From positions 192,001 to 256,000 of the forward strand of contig CAWJZV010000034.1 in NCBI GenBank assembly GCA_963847445.1: 64,000 nt of DNA, read 5' to 3'. Below are positions 31,742-43,449 of the stretch, piece after piece. The notes below the pieces were generated by a model that saw only the letters and a list, made by a program, of their open reading frames with translations, had not been told where the DNA came from and did no database searches. The first letter of the stretch is position 1. The number at the start of each line of letters is the position of its first letter. The position numbers and the translations under genes were made by a program. The stretch comes from an uncultured delta proteobacterium (GTDB taxonomy: Bacteria > Desulfobacterota > Binatia > UBA9968).

Positions 31742-33547
31742 CTAGTTTTGCATAGTCAGTTTCGGTAACAGCGCTTGCAGTCGGCTGAGTGGCTCTTCCA
31801 AGCTCTGGATCGCTTCGCTCCAGAATTCAGTTTTCTCGATATCTCTGCCGACGGTTTGTCGCACGACATTCTCCGCCGTGTCGCTGCCGGCGCGGCGCAG
31901 GAATTCTTCGTATTTAGGCAGAAAACATCGCCTTCGTTTTTGAACATGGCGTAGAGGCCGCGGCTGAGCAGATAGCCGAAGGTGTAGGGGAAATTGTAGA
32001 AGGTGATGCCGGTGATGTAGAAGTGCAGCTTTGACGCCCAGAAGTAGGGATCTTCGCCGCCGGTTTCGAGCACGTCGCCCAATAACGCGTCGTTGCGTCT
32101 GCCACCATCAGTTCTTTCAGTCGCGACACGCTGAGCGGCCCTTTGGCTCGTTCTTCGTAAAAAGATTTTTCAAACTCGATAGCGCACGGGAATGTCCAAC
32201 AAGTAGACCGCGCCATGGCCGACTTCGATGTCGAGGATACGCGCTTTGTCACTGTCGCTGACCGTCGGGTCGTCGAGGATGCCGTTCATCAAGACATTTT
32301 CGCCGAAGGTCGACGCGGTTTCCGCCAGCGTCATCGGATAGCCGCGGGCGTAGGGACGGACGTCGCGCATCATGGCGCCGTGATAGGCGTGGCCCGATTC
32401 ATGGGCGAGGGTCAGCACATCGCCGAGGGATTCGTTGTAGGTCATGAAGATGCGCGATTCTTTGCTGAGCATGGAGCTGGTGCAAAAACCGCCGGGCCGT
32501 TTGCCCGGGCGCGGCTCCCAATCGACCCAGTTCTTGCCGATGACCTGCTCGGTGAAGAATCTTCCCAGCGCGGGTAGGCGCGGCTAAACGACTGCGGCGA
32601 CGGTGGCTTGGGCTTTGTCCCAAGACAGTTTCCCGTGATCCGGCAGATCGAGGGGCGCGCCGAGATCGAACCAGGCGACCTGCTGGCGCGCCATCGATTT
32701 GGCTTTTAGTTGGAGAATACGCCGCGGTATTTCCAGGTTCGCCATCAGCGCCTCGAACATGGCGTCGAGGGTCTTGCGCCCGATCGCGGCTTGAAAAAGC
32801 GCGATGTCGAGAAAGTGATCGACGCCGCGGTGGCGATTCAGTGTCAGCCGTGTGCCGGCGATGGCGTTGAGGGCGGCGGCGGCGGTGTCTTCGACGCTTT
32901 GCCAAGCCGCGTTGCCGCCTTCGAAGGCGGCTTGGCGCACACGCCGGTCGGGATCGTCCATCAACGAGCGGCGTTGCGACATCGGCAAACGCGCGCGCTT
33001 GCCGTCGGGATAGACCATGTCGAATTCTAGTTTGGCAGACACCGTATCGTAGAGCCGGCCCCAGGCCTGGATGCCGTCGATGCCCAAGTCGGTGGCGAGG
33101 ATTTCTTTTTCCGCCGTCATGGCGCGGCGCGCTTCTTCGCGCAGGCGGGTCAGATAGTTCTGCGCCCCAGCCAGTGCGGGACGGGCGCAGAATGCCGCAA
33201 AGACTTTGTCATCGGCGCTCTTGCAGGCGCGCAGCAGTTCGATTCTGCACTTTAGCGAGCTCGGCGCGGGTGCGGCTGAGCTCGGCTTCTTCTTTCTGAT
33301 AACCCTCGTTGCGCGCGTCGGATGAAGCCAGGCAACCGATGTAGGAACCGAGGTGCGACATGCGGCGCGACAGGTCTTCGTTGCGCAGGAGAATATCTTC
33401 CCAGTCTGGTGCCGATTGCGCAGTAAGGGCCGGTAAACCAGCGGCGGTTGCTGCAGCGCAGCGACATCGGCGCGGATGGCTGTCTTTGAATTGAACCATT
33501 TCGGCGCCGTTAAATTCAGGAAAGTAACTCGTCAGGTCCCAGGTCAT
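31742..33547 (-). CDS. pepF: Oligoendopeptidase F (M3B), multiple frameshifts
   Basis: TWDLTSYF, AWGRLY, TLAHESGHAYH, LAETASTFGE, FYNFPYTFG. Confidence 0.9.
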
Positions 33548-33626
33548 GGCGCCTCCGCGCGGTTTCGGGTTGCGGGTTCCGAGTCCCGGCACCGAATCCG
33601 TCGAGACTGCAACCTGCGATCACTAC

Positions 33627-34605
33627 TCAAATTTCCACATCGGTGCCGACGTTCCGTTCCAGTGCCTTGCGATAAACTAATTGCGCCGTGGCGACATCTT
33701 GAATGGCGATGCCGACGGATTTGTAGAGTGTGACTTCACTCGGGCTGCTTCGTCCCGTCTTGGCGCCGGCGAGGACTTCGCCGATCTCGCCATGGATATC
33801 GGCTGCGCCGATGGACTGTTCTTTGAGCGCGAGCAGGATGTCGCCACACTCGGCCATGATCGCTTCGCGCGAGTCGACGACGACCTTGGCGCGTTTCAAT
33901 GTCGCGCCGTCGATCTCGCGCAGATCGGGACGGTGCGAGCCGACGGCGTTGATGTGGACGCCAGGCTTGAGCCATTCGGCCTGGACGATTGGCTCTTTGG
34001 CGGTGGTTACCGTCACCAGGAGATCGCTGTCGCGTACCGCAGTCTTGCGCCGAATCGACGACTTCGATTGGGATGGCGCAGGGCTTTTCCAAGTCTTGTT
34101 TAATACTGCGCGCGCTCTTTCCCGACGGACTGTAGAGCTTGATACGGCTCAACTGGCGCACCCGGGTGAGGGCTTGAATATGGGCGCGCGCCTGCACGCC
34201 GGCGCCCAGGATTCCCAGCACCGGCGTGTCGGGGTTCGCTAAGGCCCTCGTCGCCAGCGCCGAGGCGCAGGCGGTTCTGATCGCGGTGATGTAGCCGCCG
34301 TCCATGGCGGCGATCATTTTGCCGGTGTCGCTGCTGAACAACATGATGGTGGCGAGGATCGCCGGCAGATTTTGCTTGGGATTGTCTTGAAAGTAGGTCA
34401 CGACTTTCATGCCGAGGGCTTTATCCTCGTTCAAATATCCCGGCATGCTGGTGATCCGTCCTTGGATTTGCGGCAGCGGCACGACCAAGCGCACCGGCAT
34501 GACCGCCTTGCCGGTGGAATATTGGATATGCGCTTGTTCCAGTGCGGCGATCAGTTCGTCGATGTCGATCAAACTCTGAACTTGTTTCTCGGACAAAACC
34601 AGCAT
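33627..34605 (-). CDS. Ornithine cyclodeaminase/mu-crystallin family (frameshifted)
   Basis: ITAIRTA, GAGVQA, HINAVG, KSVGIAIQD. Confidence 0.9.
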
Positions 34606-34689
34606 GATTCATTTTGATAGCATAAAGCGCGCGCTGAATATAACGAGCGCAGCGATCGATTTGTCGGTGCGCTGAAAAATCGGCGCCTG

Positions 34690-34908
34690 CTACTTGATTT
34701 CCTTGTTGGCTTCTTCGAGGGCGGCCTTTTGTTTGTCCTCGCTCTGCTTGAGCGAGTCCTTGGCGCTGTCCAAGGCGTTGAACGGTTGGGTGACCACTTC
34801 CTTCACCGCTTCGCGGCCCTTTTCGACGGGAGCTTTTTTCGCGTCGCAACCGCCAAGCAGGCAGATCGCAATCGCCAGCGGTGCCATTCTGCGAATTTTT
34901 AGTTTCAT
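34690..34908 (-). CDS. Small lipoprotein
   Basis: Lipobox LLGGC; charged helical tail; coupled to tsaC. Confidence 0.7.
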   Translation of the reverse strand: MKLKIRRMAPLAIAICLLGGCDAKKAPVEKGREAVKEVVTQPFNALDSAKDSLKQSEDKQKAALEEANKEIK

Positions 34909-35532
34909 GCTTCAATGACTCCTTTGCCCACGACAACTTCGAGAGCTTCCCGGCTGATCTCGCCGGCGCGAATGATTCTCAGCTTATTTTTTTCAACCGC
35001 TGCGACGGTGGAGCCGGTTGGCGAAGTCAATTCGCCGCCGTCAACGTAGATGGTGATCTTAGCGGAGAAATAGTTTTTCGCTTCCAGGACGGTGTGCGCG
35101 CCAGGTTGCCCGGAAGGATTGGCGCTGGTGGCCGTCAGCGGATGGCCGAGTAAGCGCACCAGTTCCGTGGCGATGGGCTGGCTCGACAGGCGCACGCCGA
35201 TGCCGCCCTGGCGGTTGACCAGCGGGCGCGGAATATCGGTCGCGCGCAGGCAGTACCAGCGTCAGCGGCCCCGGCCAGAAATGCGCCATCAACTTTTCCG
35301 CCAGCGGGGAAACTTTCGCCACCAGAGAATCGAGCATCGCCCGGTCGGCGACTAGCACGGGAAATGGATTGTCGGGATCGCGGCCCTTGAGTTGAAAGAT
35401 GTTTTCGACGGCGGAGAAATTCAGCGCGTCGGCGCCGAGACCGTAGAGCGTTTCGGTGGGAAAGACGATTACTTCGCCGCGTTTGAGCGCGGCCAGCGCA
35501 CTCGCCAAATTTTCTTCACGGTTCGGTTCCAC
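34905..35532 (-). CDS. tsaC: Threonylcarbamoyl-AMP synthase (frameshifted)
   Basis: FPTETLYGL, KGR, FWPGPLT, TSANPSG, STV. Confidence 0.9.
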
Positions 35533-35577
35533 TGTGGAATGGCTGATTCATGCGGTGCGCGCAAACTTTCGGACTAC

Positions 35578-35665
35578 TCACCGCAGAGACGCTGAGGACG
35601 CGGAGTAAAGATTGGGTTGATTAAATATATTCCGAACTCTGCGCACTCCGTGTCTCTGCGGTGAA
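35578..35665. repeat. 9-nt-periodic long inverted repeat
   Basis: TCACCGCAGAGACGCTGAG.../...CTCCGTGTCTCTGCGGTGA. Confidence 0.7.
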
Positions 35666-35674
35666 ATCCTTCCT

Positions 35675-36971
35675 TCATTGGTCGCGGCTAGCTATGTCGG
35701 CAACAGCCCGGCGGGCGATGTCTTTGCGATAGTGCATGCCGGCCCAAGAGATTTCGCCGACCGCGCGATAGACTTCTTTTACCGCTTCGGCCATCGATTT
35801 GCCGCGGGCGGTGACGCCCAGGACCCGGCCGCCGGTGGTGAGCCAGCGGTTGTTTTCTTTGGCGGTGCCGGCGTGAAAGACGAAGCCTCGTTGCCAGTCG
35901 GCTAGTTTGTCCAGGCCGGAAATTTCTTTGCCTTTGTCATAGGCGCCGGGATAACCATTGGCGGTGAGGACGACGCAGACGGCGGGGTCTTCGTGCCATT
36001 CGGCTTCGACTTGATCGAGTTTGCCGTCGATGGTGGCTTCGAGCAGCGGCAGCAAATCGCTCTTGAGCCGCATCATGATCGGCTGGCATTCGGGATCGCC
36101 GAAGCGGGCGTTGAATTCTATGACCTTCGGTCCGCTCCTTGGTAATCATCAAGCCGACGTAGAGCAGGCCGCGGTAGCGGATGTTTTTCCGCTGCAGATC
36201 CGTCAAGCAGCGGCGTCAGTACTTCGCGCAGAACTCGCTCATGGACCTCGGGCGTCACCACCGGCGCGGGCGAGTAGGCGCCCATGCCGCCGGTGTTGGG
36301 GCCCTGGTCGTTGTCGAAGATCGCGCTTATGGTCCTGGGACGAAGCCAGCGGCAGCACATGTTCGCCGTCGGTCAAGACCATGAACGAGGCCTCTTCACC
36401 GTCGAGAAATTCTTCGATGACGACTTTGTCGCCGGCGGCGCCAAACGCCTTTTGCGACGAGGATTTCCTCGATGGCGGCTTCGGCTTCCGCCAAGGTCGC
36501 GCAGATCAGCACGCCCTTGCCGGCGGCGAGGCCGTCGGCTTTGATCACATACGGTGATTTTTGCCGCGCCAAATACTGCTTGGCTGTAGCGGCGTCGGTG
36601 CAAGTGGCGAATGCCGCCGTGGGAATTCCGTTGGCGCGGAGGATTTCCTTGGTGAAGGCTTTGCTGCCTTCGAGTTGGGCGGCGGCTTGGTTTGGTCCGA
36701 AAATTCTCAGATCGACGGGATTCGAATAGATCGACGATGCCGAGGGTCAGCGGCAACTCCGGGCCGACGACGGTGAGATCGATATGTTCTCTTTTCGGCG
36801 AAGTCGGCCAGTCGATCGAGTTGCTCGGGGTTGATCGCCACGCATTCGGCTAACTCGCCGATGGCCGCGCTGCCCGGCGCGCAGAAGATTTTCGTCACGC
36901 GCGGGCTTTGGCTGAAGCTTCCAGACCAGCGCGTGTTCGCGGCCGCCGCTGCCGATGATTAGTAGTTTCAT
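35675..36971 (-). CDS. purD: Phosphoribosylamine-glycine ligase (multiple frameshifts)
   Basis: [33 protein letters not shown]. Confidence 0.95.
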
Positions 36972-36975
36972 GAAG

Positions 36976-37041
36976 GGTCGAATATGGAGAATGGAGGATG
37001 GAGGATCGCGATCTTCTATCCTCCATTCTCTATCCTCGACT
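36976..37041. repeat. Heptamer-periodic imperfect palindrome
   Basis: ATGGAGA-ATGGAGG-ATGGAGG..TCTATCC-TCCATTC-TCTATCC-TCGA. Confidence 0.65.
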
Positions 37042-38613
37042 TAATGTCTAAAATGCCTCATGCCGGTGAAGATCATGGCGATGCCATGTTCGTTGGCGGC
37101 GGCGATGACTTCTTCGTCCTTGATCGAGCCGCCGGGTTGGATGATCGACTTGGCGCCGCCATTGGCGGCTTCGTCGAGGCCGTCGCGGAATGGATAAAAG
37201 GCGTCGGAAGCGACCGCGGAGCCTTTCAGATCGAGACCGTGAGTCGCCGCGCGCAGCACGGCGATCTTGGTCGAGTCGATGCGGCTCATCTGGCCGGCGC
37301 CGACGCCGAGCACTTGGTCGGGCGAGGCGAACACGATGGTGTTCGATTTCACATGGCGGCAGACCCGCCAGGCGAAATCGAGGGCGCGATACTCGTCGTC
37401 CGTGGGCTTGCGTTCGGTGACGACTTTGCAGGCGCGCACGTCGATCTTGCCGGTGTCCCAATCTTGGATCAGCATGCCGCCGCGCACGCGCCGCAGATCG
37501 TAACCGCCGGTCTGCGGCTGGCTCATGTCGCATTCGAGCAAGCGGATGTTGAGCAGCCGCTTTTGCGACGACAGCACGGCTTTGGCTTCCGGCGTAAAGC
37601 TCGGCGCGATGACGATTTCGAGAAAAATATCCTTGAGTTCCAGCGCGGTCTCTTCGTCCACCGGCCGATTAAACGCCAAGACGCCGCCAAAGATCGAAAC
37701 CGGATCGCAGGCCTTGGCTTTGCGAAACGAGTCGGCGAGGGATTTTGTCGACAGGGCGACGCCGCAAGGATTGTTGTGCTTGATGGCGACGGTGGCGATA
37801 TCGGAGAATTCCAACACCGTGCTCAAGGCCGCGTCGGCATCGAGGATGTTGTTGAACGACAGTTCCTTGCCTTGGAACTGTTTGGCCCGCGAGATCGATG
37901 GGCCGGCATCGCCCGTGGTGCCGTAGAACGCCGCGCTCTGATGCGGATTCTCGCCGTAGCGCATGTCCTGGAGTTTGCTCACTTGGATGTTGACCGTCTG
38001 GCCCCAGCGCTGCGGCTTCTTGTCTTGGTCCAGCGAAGAAAAGTAGTTGGAGATGGCGCCATCGTAGTGCGCGGTGTGCTGGAACGCCTTGCAGAAAAGC
38101 CGGAAGTGCGTCGCCGGCAGGAGCGCGCCGTTATTAGCCTTCATTTCGCAAGAATCGAATCGTAGTCCGCCGGATCGACGACGACGCCGACATGCTGATG
38201 ATTTTTCGCCGCGGCGCGCACCATGCTCGGGCCGCCGATGTCGATGTTTTCGACGACTTCTTCGAAGGCCGCGCCGCGGGCGACGGTGGCTTCGAAGGGA
38301 TAGAGATTGACGACGACGAGATCGATGGGCTTGATGCCATGCTCTTTCATCTTGGCGACATGTTCGGGGTTGTCGCGCAGCGCCAGGATGCCGCCATGAA
38401 TTTTCGGATGCAGGGTTTTGACCCGGCCGTCCATCATTTCCGGAAAGCCGGTGAGCTCGGCGACGTCTTTGACGGGATCTTGTTGTCGCGCAGCAGCGCC
38501 GCGGTGCCGCCGGTGGAAACCAGTTCGACGCCCATGGCTGCGAGGGCGCGGGAAAATTCGACAATGCCTTGCTTGTCGGAAACGCTGATAAGGGCTCTTT
38601 CAATCTTGCCCAC
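37041..38613 (-). CDS. purH: Bifunctional AICAR transformylase/IMP cyclohydrolase (frameshifted)
   Basis: [40 protein letters not shown]. Confidence 0.95.
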
Positions 38614-38627
38614 TGCCGGTAATCCTC

Positions 38628-39769
38628 CTAAATATTGTTGTGAATGCGGGGAACGCGAGCGCCGATGGAAGTGAAAATCTCGTAAGAGATCGTGTTTGCC
38701 CAGCCGGCGATCTCGTCGGCGCCGATTTCCGCGCCGCCTTGACCGCCGAGGAGAACAACCTCGTCTCCCTGCTGGACATTTCTAATATCGGTAACATCGA
38801 TGGTAGTCAAATCCATGCTCACTCTACCGACTACCGGCGCGCGTTTGCCGCGCACCAAGACTTGCGCGCGGTTGGAAAAAAGCCGGCGGTAACCGTCGGC
38901 GTAGCCCACCGGCAACGTGGCGATGAGGCTGTTTCGCTGCGTCACAAAAGTGCGACCGTAGCCGATCGCTGGTGCCGGCGGCGACGCGCTTTAACTGGAT
39001 GATGCGCGTCTGCCAACTCAGCACCGGCTTGAGATCGATCTGCTTCTTGAGCGCCGGCGCCGGATACATGCCGTAGAGAATCAGCCCCGGCCGCACCATG
39101 GAAAAATGCGCTGTCGGTTCGGTGATGAGCGCCGCGCTCTTGGCCATGTGGCTGCATTCGATGCATGACCTCGGCGTCTGCCAAGCGGCTTAGCACTTGA
39201 TTGAAACAGGTAAGCTGTTTCTGGCTATAGCGTTCTTTGGCGCTCTCGGCATCGGCAAAATGGGAAAACACGCCGCGCTAGTTTGACCGCTTCTGAGCTT
39301 GGCGAGCGCCGGCAGCCAAGCTGTCGATTTCCTCGGCCGGGAAACCAATGCGGCCCATGCCGGTGTCGACTTCGATTTCCACTGGCAGCGTCGCTTTGAT
39401 CGTTGGCGCAGCCGTTTGTCCAAAGCCTTCAACGTCTCGACTTCATGGACCACCGGCGTTAGCCGGTATTTCAAAAACTACTCGCAATTGTTCGAGGTAC
39501 ACACCGGCGAGCACCAGGATCGGTTGCCTGATGCGCGCGCGCCTGAGTTCTATGCCTTCTTCCACCGTGGCGACACCGAAGGCGTCGCTGCCGGCGGCGG
39601 CAAGAGTTTTTGCCACAGCGACGGCGCCATGGCCGTAACCGTTGGCTTTGACCATGGACAGGATTTTCACCCGCGGACCGACCAGGGCGCGAATCTGTTT
39701 GAAGTTCCAGCGCAAGGCTCGATGGTCGATGACGCAGAGGGTGGGCCGCCCTGGCAGGGTGATGGTCAT
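38628..39769 (-). CDS. alr: Alanine racemase (multiple frameshifts)
   Basis: [12 protein letters not shown] lysine, MVRPG, GYADG, GRVSMD, TISYE. Confidence 0.95.
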
Positions 39770-39796
39770 TAAGGACGAGGTTGTCTGTTCGACTGG

Positions 39797-40140
39797 TTAC
39801 TTAACCTGGAACCGGCAAGCGCCGGTTTGTCCGGTGTCAAGACGATCACCTGGTCGCCGCTGGAGGCGGCGAGCAGCATGCCTTGACTCTCCATGCCGCG
39901 CAGTTTGGCGGTGGCCAGGTTGGCGACGACGACGATTTGTTTGCCGACCAGTTGTTCCGGCGTGTAGTGGCTTCTGATGCCGGCGCAGATTTGCCGCTGT
40001 TCGGTGCCGAGATCGACTTGCAGCACCATCAGTTTGTCGGCGTTGGGATGGGGCTCGGCGGCGGTGATCGTCGCGACTTTGAGCTCGATCTTTTTGAAAT
40101 CGTCGATGGAGATGGTGGCGCTAGTTTCCGAAGTTTCCAT
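39797..40140 (-). CDS. Stand-alone tRNA-binding domain (MetRS C-terminal/Trbp111/CsaA-like)
   Basis: ISIDDF, HPNADKL, RQICAGI, VANL..RGMESQGMLLAA. Confidence 0.9.
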
Positions 40141-40294
40141 CGGAGAAAAGTAGCAGAAGTGGCGCGGCAAAAAAAGCGACCTTCATGCCACCGGCGATTT
40201 TCTCCTTCGTCCGCTAACGGGTGGAGGCGGTTTGAGCCAGAGAGTTTGTCGCTGGTTACTCAGTTGGCGTACAACCGGGCTCTGTGATTGTCTA

Positions 40295-41530
40295 TCACGG
40301 TTCATTAGCGGCCAGACGCCAGAGCGAGGTCACTTCGGCGGCCCGCGCGAAGTGCAGCGGATCGCTCGCATCGGATGCCTTGGGATGGCTTGGCTTGGCA
40401 TCGATTCGGCCCACGACCTTCAGGCCGGCAGTCGCGAACGCAGCCAACAGGTCGACGCGTGATCGTAAGCCTAAGTGCTCGGCAAAGTCAGACAAGATGA
40501 GCCAACCCTCACCTCCCGGCAGAAGGTGCGCGGCCAAACCATTCAGGAACCCAAGCAGCATGCGGCTGTCTTCGTCGTAAATAGCAGACTCAAGGGGTGA
40601 GCTGGGCCGCGCGGGAAGCCAGGGCGGATTGCACACCACTAGCGACGCTCGGCCCTCGGGGAATAGATCCGCCGGCACTACCTGCACTTGCCGCGTCACG
40701 CCCAGCCGTGCGAGGTTGTCACGCGCGCAGGCGAGCGCGCGCGGGTCCTGATCGGTCGCGACCACCTGCTCGATACGGCGCCGCGCTAGCACCGCAGCGA
40801 GCACACCGGAGCCCGTGCCGATGTCAAAGGCGACAAACCTGGCCTGCCTGGTCACAGGCAAGGGCGCTGTCGCGACGAGGCTCACATATTCTCCCCTTAG
40901 CGGAGAGAAGACGCCGTAATGCGGGTGGATGCGGTTGTTCGGCGCGTCGCCGAGCGCGGAAATCTCAACGCCTTTTTTGCGCCACTCATGGGCGCTAATC
41001 ATCCCCAGTAGGTCGCGCAGGGACGCCACTGAGGCGCCGACAGCCGCGTCCGCTGGATCCTTGCCCCACGCGTCCGCGCAGGCTTGTCGGGCATCGGGGG
41101 CGCGGCGCAAGGCAATACTATAATCGTCGTTAAAAGGCAGCAGCAGCAAGCCCAACACGCGCGCCCGCTGCGACTGGGCCTGACGATGGCGGTGAAAGGC
41201 GTCGGCAGGGGATGCGCACTGAGTAGATTCGCTTTTTCGGCTTCTTTGCTTGCGTCCGGGCGTTTTGTCGATGCGCCGCGCCAGTGCCTGGAGCAACTGT
41301 GTGGCGTTGTGAAAATCTCCACGCCAGAGCAAAGCCGTGCCTTCGCAGGCCAGGCGATAGGCAGCGTCAGCCGTGATGCTGTCGTCAGCCACAGCGACCC
41401 GCTCGGGCGGTGGCGCGCCGCGCTCTGAGCGCCAGAGAGCCGCACAACTTGTACCCGCTTCAGTCCAGTGGATGGACGGCCTTGGGCTGTCGAAGGGCTC
41501 TGTACCGCCGCTGGAAAGTGAAATTGGCAT
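40295..41530 (-). CDS. Class I SAM methyltransferase (MTS/HemK-like, NPPW)
   Basis: HYGVFSP, DIGTGSG, CNPPW. Confidence 0.85.
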   Translation of the reverse strand: MPISLSSGGTEPFDSPRPSIHWTEAGTSCAALWRSERGAPPPERVAVADDSITADAAYRLACEGTALLWRGDFHNATQLLQALARRIDKTPGRKQRSRKSESTQCASPADAFHRHRQAQSQRARVLGLLLLPFNDDYSIALRRAPDARQACADAWGKDPADAAVGASVASLRDLLGMISAHEWRKKGVEISALGDAPNNRIHPHYGVFSPLRGEYVSLVATAPLPVTRQARFVAFDIGTGSGVLAAVLARRRIEQVVATDQDPRALACARDNLARLGVTRQVQVVPADLFPEGRASLVVCNPPWLPARPSSPLESAIYDEDSRMLLGFLNGLAAHLLPGGEGWLILSDFAEHLGLRSRVDLLAAFATAGLKVVGRIDAKPSHPKASDASDPLHFARAAEVTSLWRLAANEP

Positions 41531-41821
41531 CGGTTTCGTCAAGACGGATAGGACAAGAGGGCAACCGCACTCGCGGCAATCGGTCACGCCTGCGGATCGA
41601 CTATTTCACCGATTGGCAATATCGCTTCTGCTCCATCTGCTCGCCGCCGATGCTCCCGGCTTCTACTATATAACTATACAACCGAGTGACTATGCATGAA
41701 TACCGCTTGGCCGCTGGCGCAACTCCTTGGCGGTTATCCCGCTCCGCTGCACTGCCCTTGCTTATCCTGGCGGAAAAATAATTGTCAACGGTTTCTTGAC
41801 TCACGTCGCGCTGTTTCGTAT

Positions 41822-41836
41822 TAGTAACTGTTATTA
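41822..41836 (+). promoter_or_regulatory. Fur/PerR-type 7-1-7 operator overlapping the rbr promoter
   Basis: TAGTAAC-T-GTTATTA (6/7 palindrome); TTGACT at 41796. Confidence 0.5.
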
Positions 41837-41855
41837 TTTAGGAGGAGGAAGCATT

Positions 41856-42283
41856 ATGGCAAAAAGCATTAGCAGGCACAAAGTCTCATGAGAACCTGAA
41901 GGGCGCCTTCGCGGGCGAGTCTCAGGCCAATCGGCGTTACCTGTATTTCGCACGGGTGGCGGATATCGAAGGGTTATCCGGATGTCGGCGGTTTGTTCCG
42001 CGACACGTCGGAAGCCGAGACCGGTCACGCCTTCGGGCATCTCGACTTTCTCAAAGAAGTCGGCGATCCCTGCACCGGCGTGGCGATCGGCACCACGTCG
42101 AAGAATTTAAAGTCGGCGGTGGAAGGCGAAACCTACGAATACACCGAAATGTATCCGGGCTTTGCCAAGACGGCGCGCGATGAAGGACTGCCCGAATTGG
42201 CCGAATGGTTTGAAACTTTGGCCAAGGCGGAAAAGTCTCACGCCGGTCGCTTCGCCAAGGGGCTCGATACTCTCGGTAGTTGA
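41856..42283 (+). CDS. rbr: Short rubrerythrin (no rubredoxin domain), frameshifted
   Basis: [30 protein letters not shown]. Confidence 0.9.
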
Positions 42284-42359
42284 TGACCTCGTTGACCGAT
42301 TATCACGGCGGCGGCTAGCGCGGAATTTTCTACGCCAGCCGCCGCTCTCGATAGCTATC

Positions 42360-42940
42360 ATGAAAAAAATTGTCCTCGACGATATCTTGGGATTTACCGC
42401 CTACGAAAAGGTGCGCGAAGAGTTCCGCCGCGAAATCATCGAAAAGAAAAAACTCCGCCGGGTTTCGGTGGGCGAGAATATTTCCCTGGTGTTTGAAAAC
42501 CGCGACACGGTGATCTTTCAGATCCAAGAAATGTTGCGCGCCGAACGGATCACCGACCTCGACAAGATTCGCGAGGAGATCGCCGTCTACAATGAACTGA
42601 TTCCCAACCCCGGCGAACTCAGCGCCACGCTGTTTCATCGAGATCGAGGATCAGACTCACTTGCGCGACGACTTGCTGAAATTTCTCGGCATCGACGAAG
42701 CGGTACTATTCAAGGTCGGCGATCAGAGAGTTCCCGGGCGATTCGAAGAAGGGCCGCGCAAAGAGGATAAGATTAGCGCAGTCCAGTATGTGCGATTTTC
42801 CTTCGATACGCGGAAGCGCGCCAGGCCTTTCTCGCCGGGGCGCCGGCTGGAAATTGCTGTTGACCATGCCAACTACCGCGCGAGTAAAGTTCTTAGCGCC
42901 GCGGTGCAAGCGGTCGTTGGCCGAGGATTTGGCGGAATAG
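42360..42940 (+). CDS. DUF3501 family protein (frameshifted)
   Basis: YEKVR..KKLRRV..FEN..QIQEM..YNELIP..LSATL; SAVQYVRF. Confidence 0.85.
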
Positions 42941-42942
42941 CT

Positions 42943-43335
42943 ATGGCGTCTACCGCAAAGCTGGCGCGGAATACCAGACAATTGGCGATGGTCTGGCAGG
43001 CCATCGAGCATGATCAGTCCCATCCCACTGCCGATCAGGTCTATGACCGGGTGCGGCGCAAACTGCCGAATATCAGTCTCGGCACCGTGTATCGCAACTT
43101 GCAGAAGCTGGTGGCACTAAAAAAGCTGCAAGTCTTGATGCTCGGGCGCTCGCAACATTTCGATCCGCTGGTCAAGCGTCATCAGCATTTTATCTGCGAA
43201 GTTTGCGATCGCGTCTTCGACGTGCTGGTTGAAAGCCAACGGGAGATCCGGCCGGCAAAGCTTCCCGAAGCGGGCTTCACCGTAACCTCGCACCACTCGG
43301 CCTTCTACGGTACCTGCAAGAGCTGCTCTTCCTAG
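42943..43335 (+). CDS. Fur family regulator, PerR-like
   Basis: HPTAD, SLGTVYRNL, HQHFICEVC..VFD, CKSC. Confidence 0.9.
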   Translation: MASTAKLARNTRQLAMVWQAIEHDQSHPTADQVYDRVRRKLPNISLGTVYRNLQKLVALKKLQVLMLGRSQHFDPLVKRHQHFICEVCDRVFDVLVESQREIRPAKLPEAGFTVTSHHSAFYGTCKSCSS

Positions 43336-43449
43336 TATTCTTATTTCTTGTAAACTGGCGGCCGCGGCGATAAGGTCTTTCCAGTCGCGACGGTAGCCAG
43401 CGCAAGGATTGCGGCAGCGAATCCACGGCGCTGGCCATGAGGAGGAGAA

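Noticed and set aside
36984-38165. Long antisense ORFs (also 4456-5496, 16543-17379, 28883-29734)
   Set aside because: They are shadows of purH, the ThDP enzyme, the binding protein and tgt caused by high-GC codon bias; no motifs.
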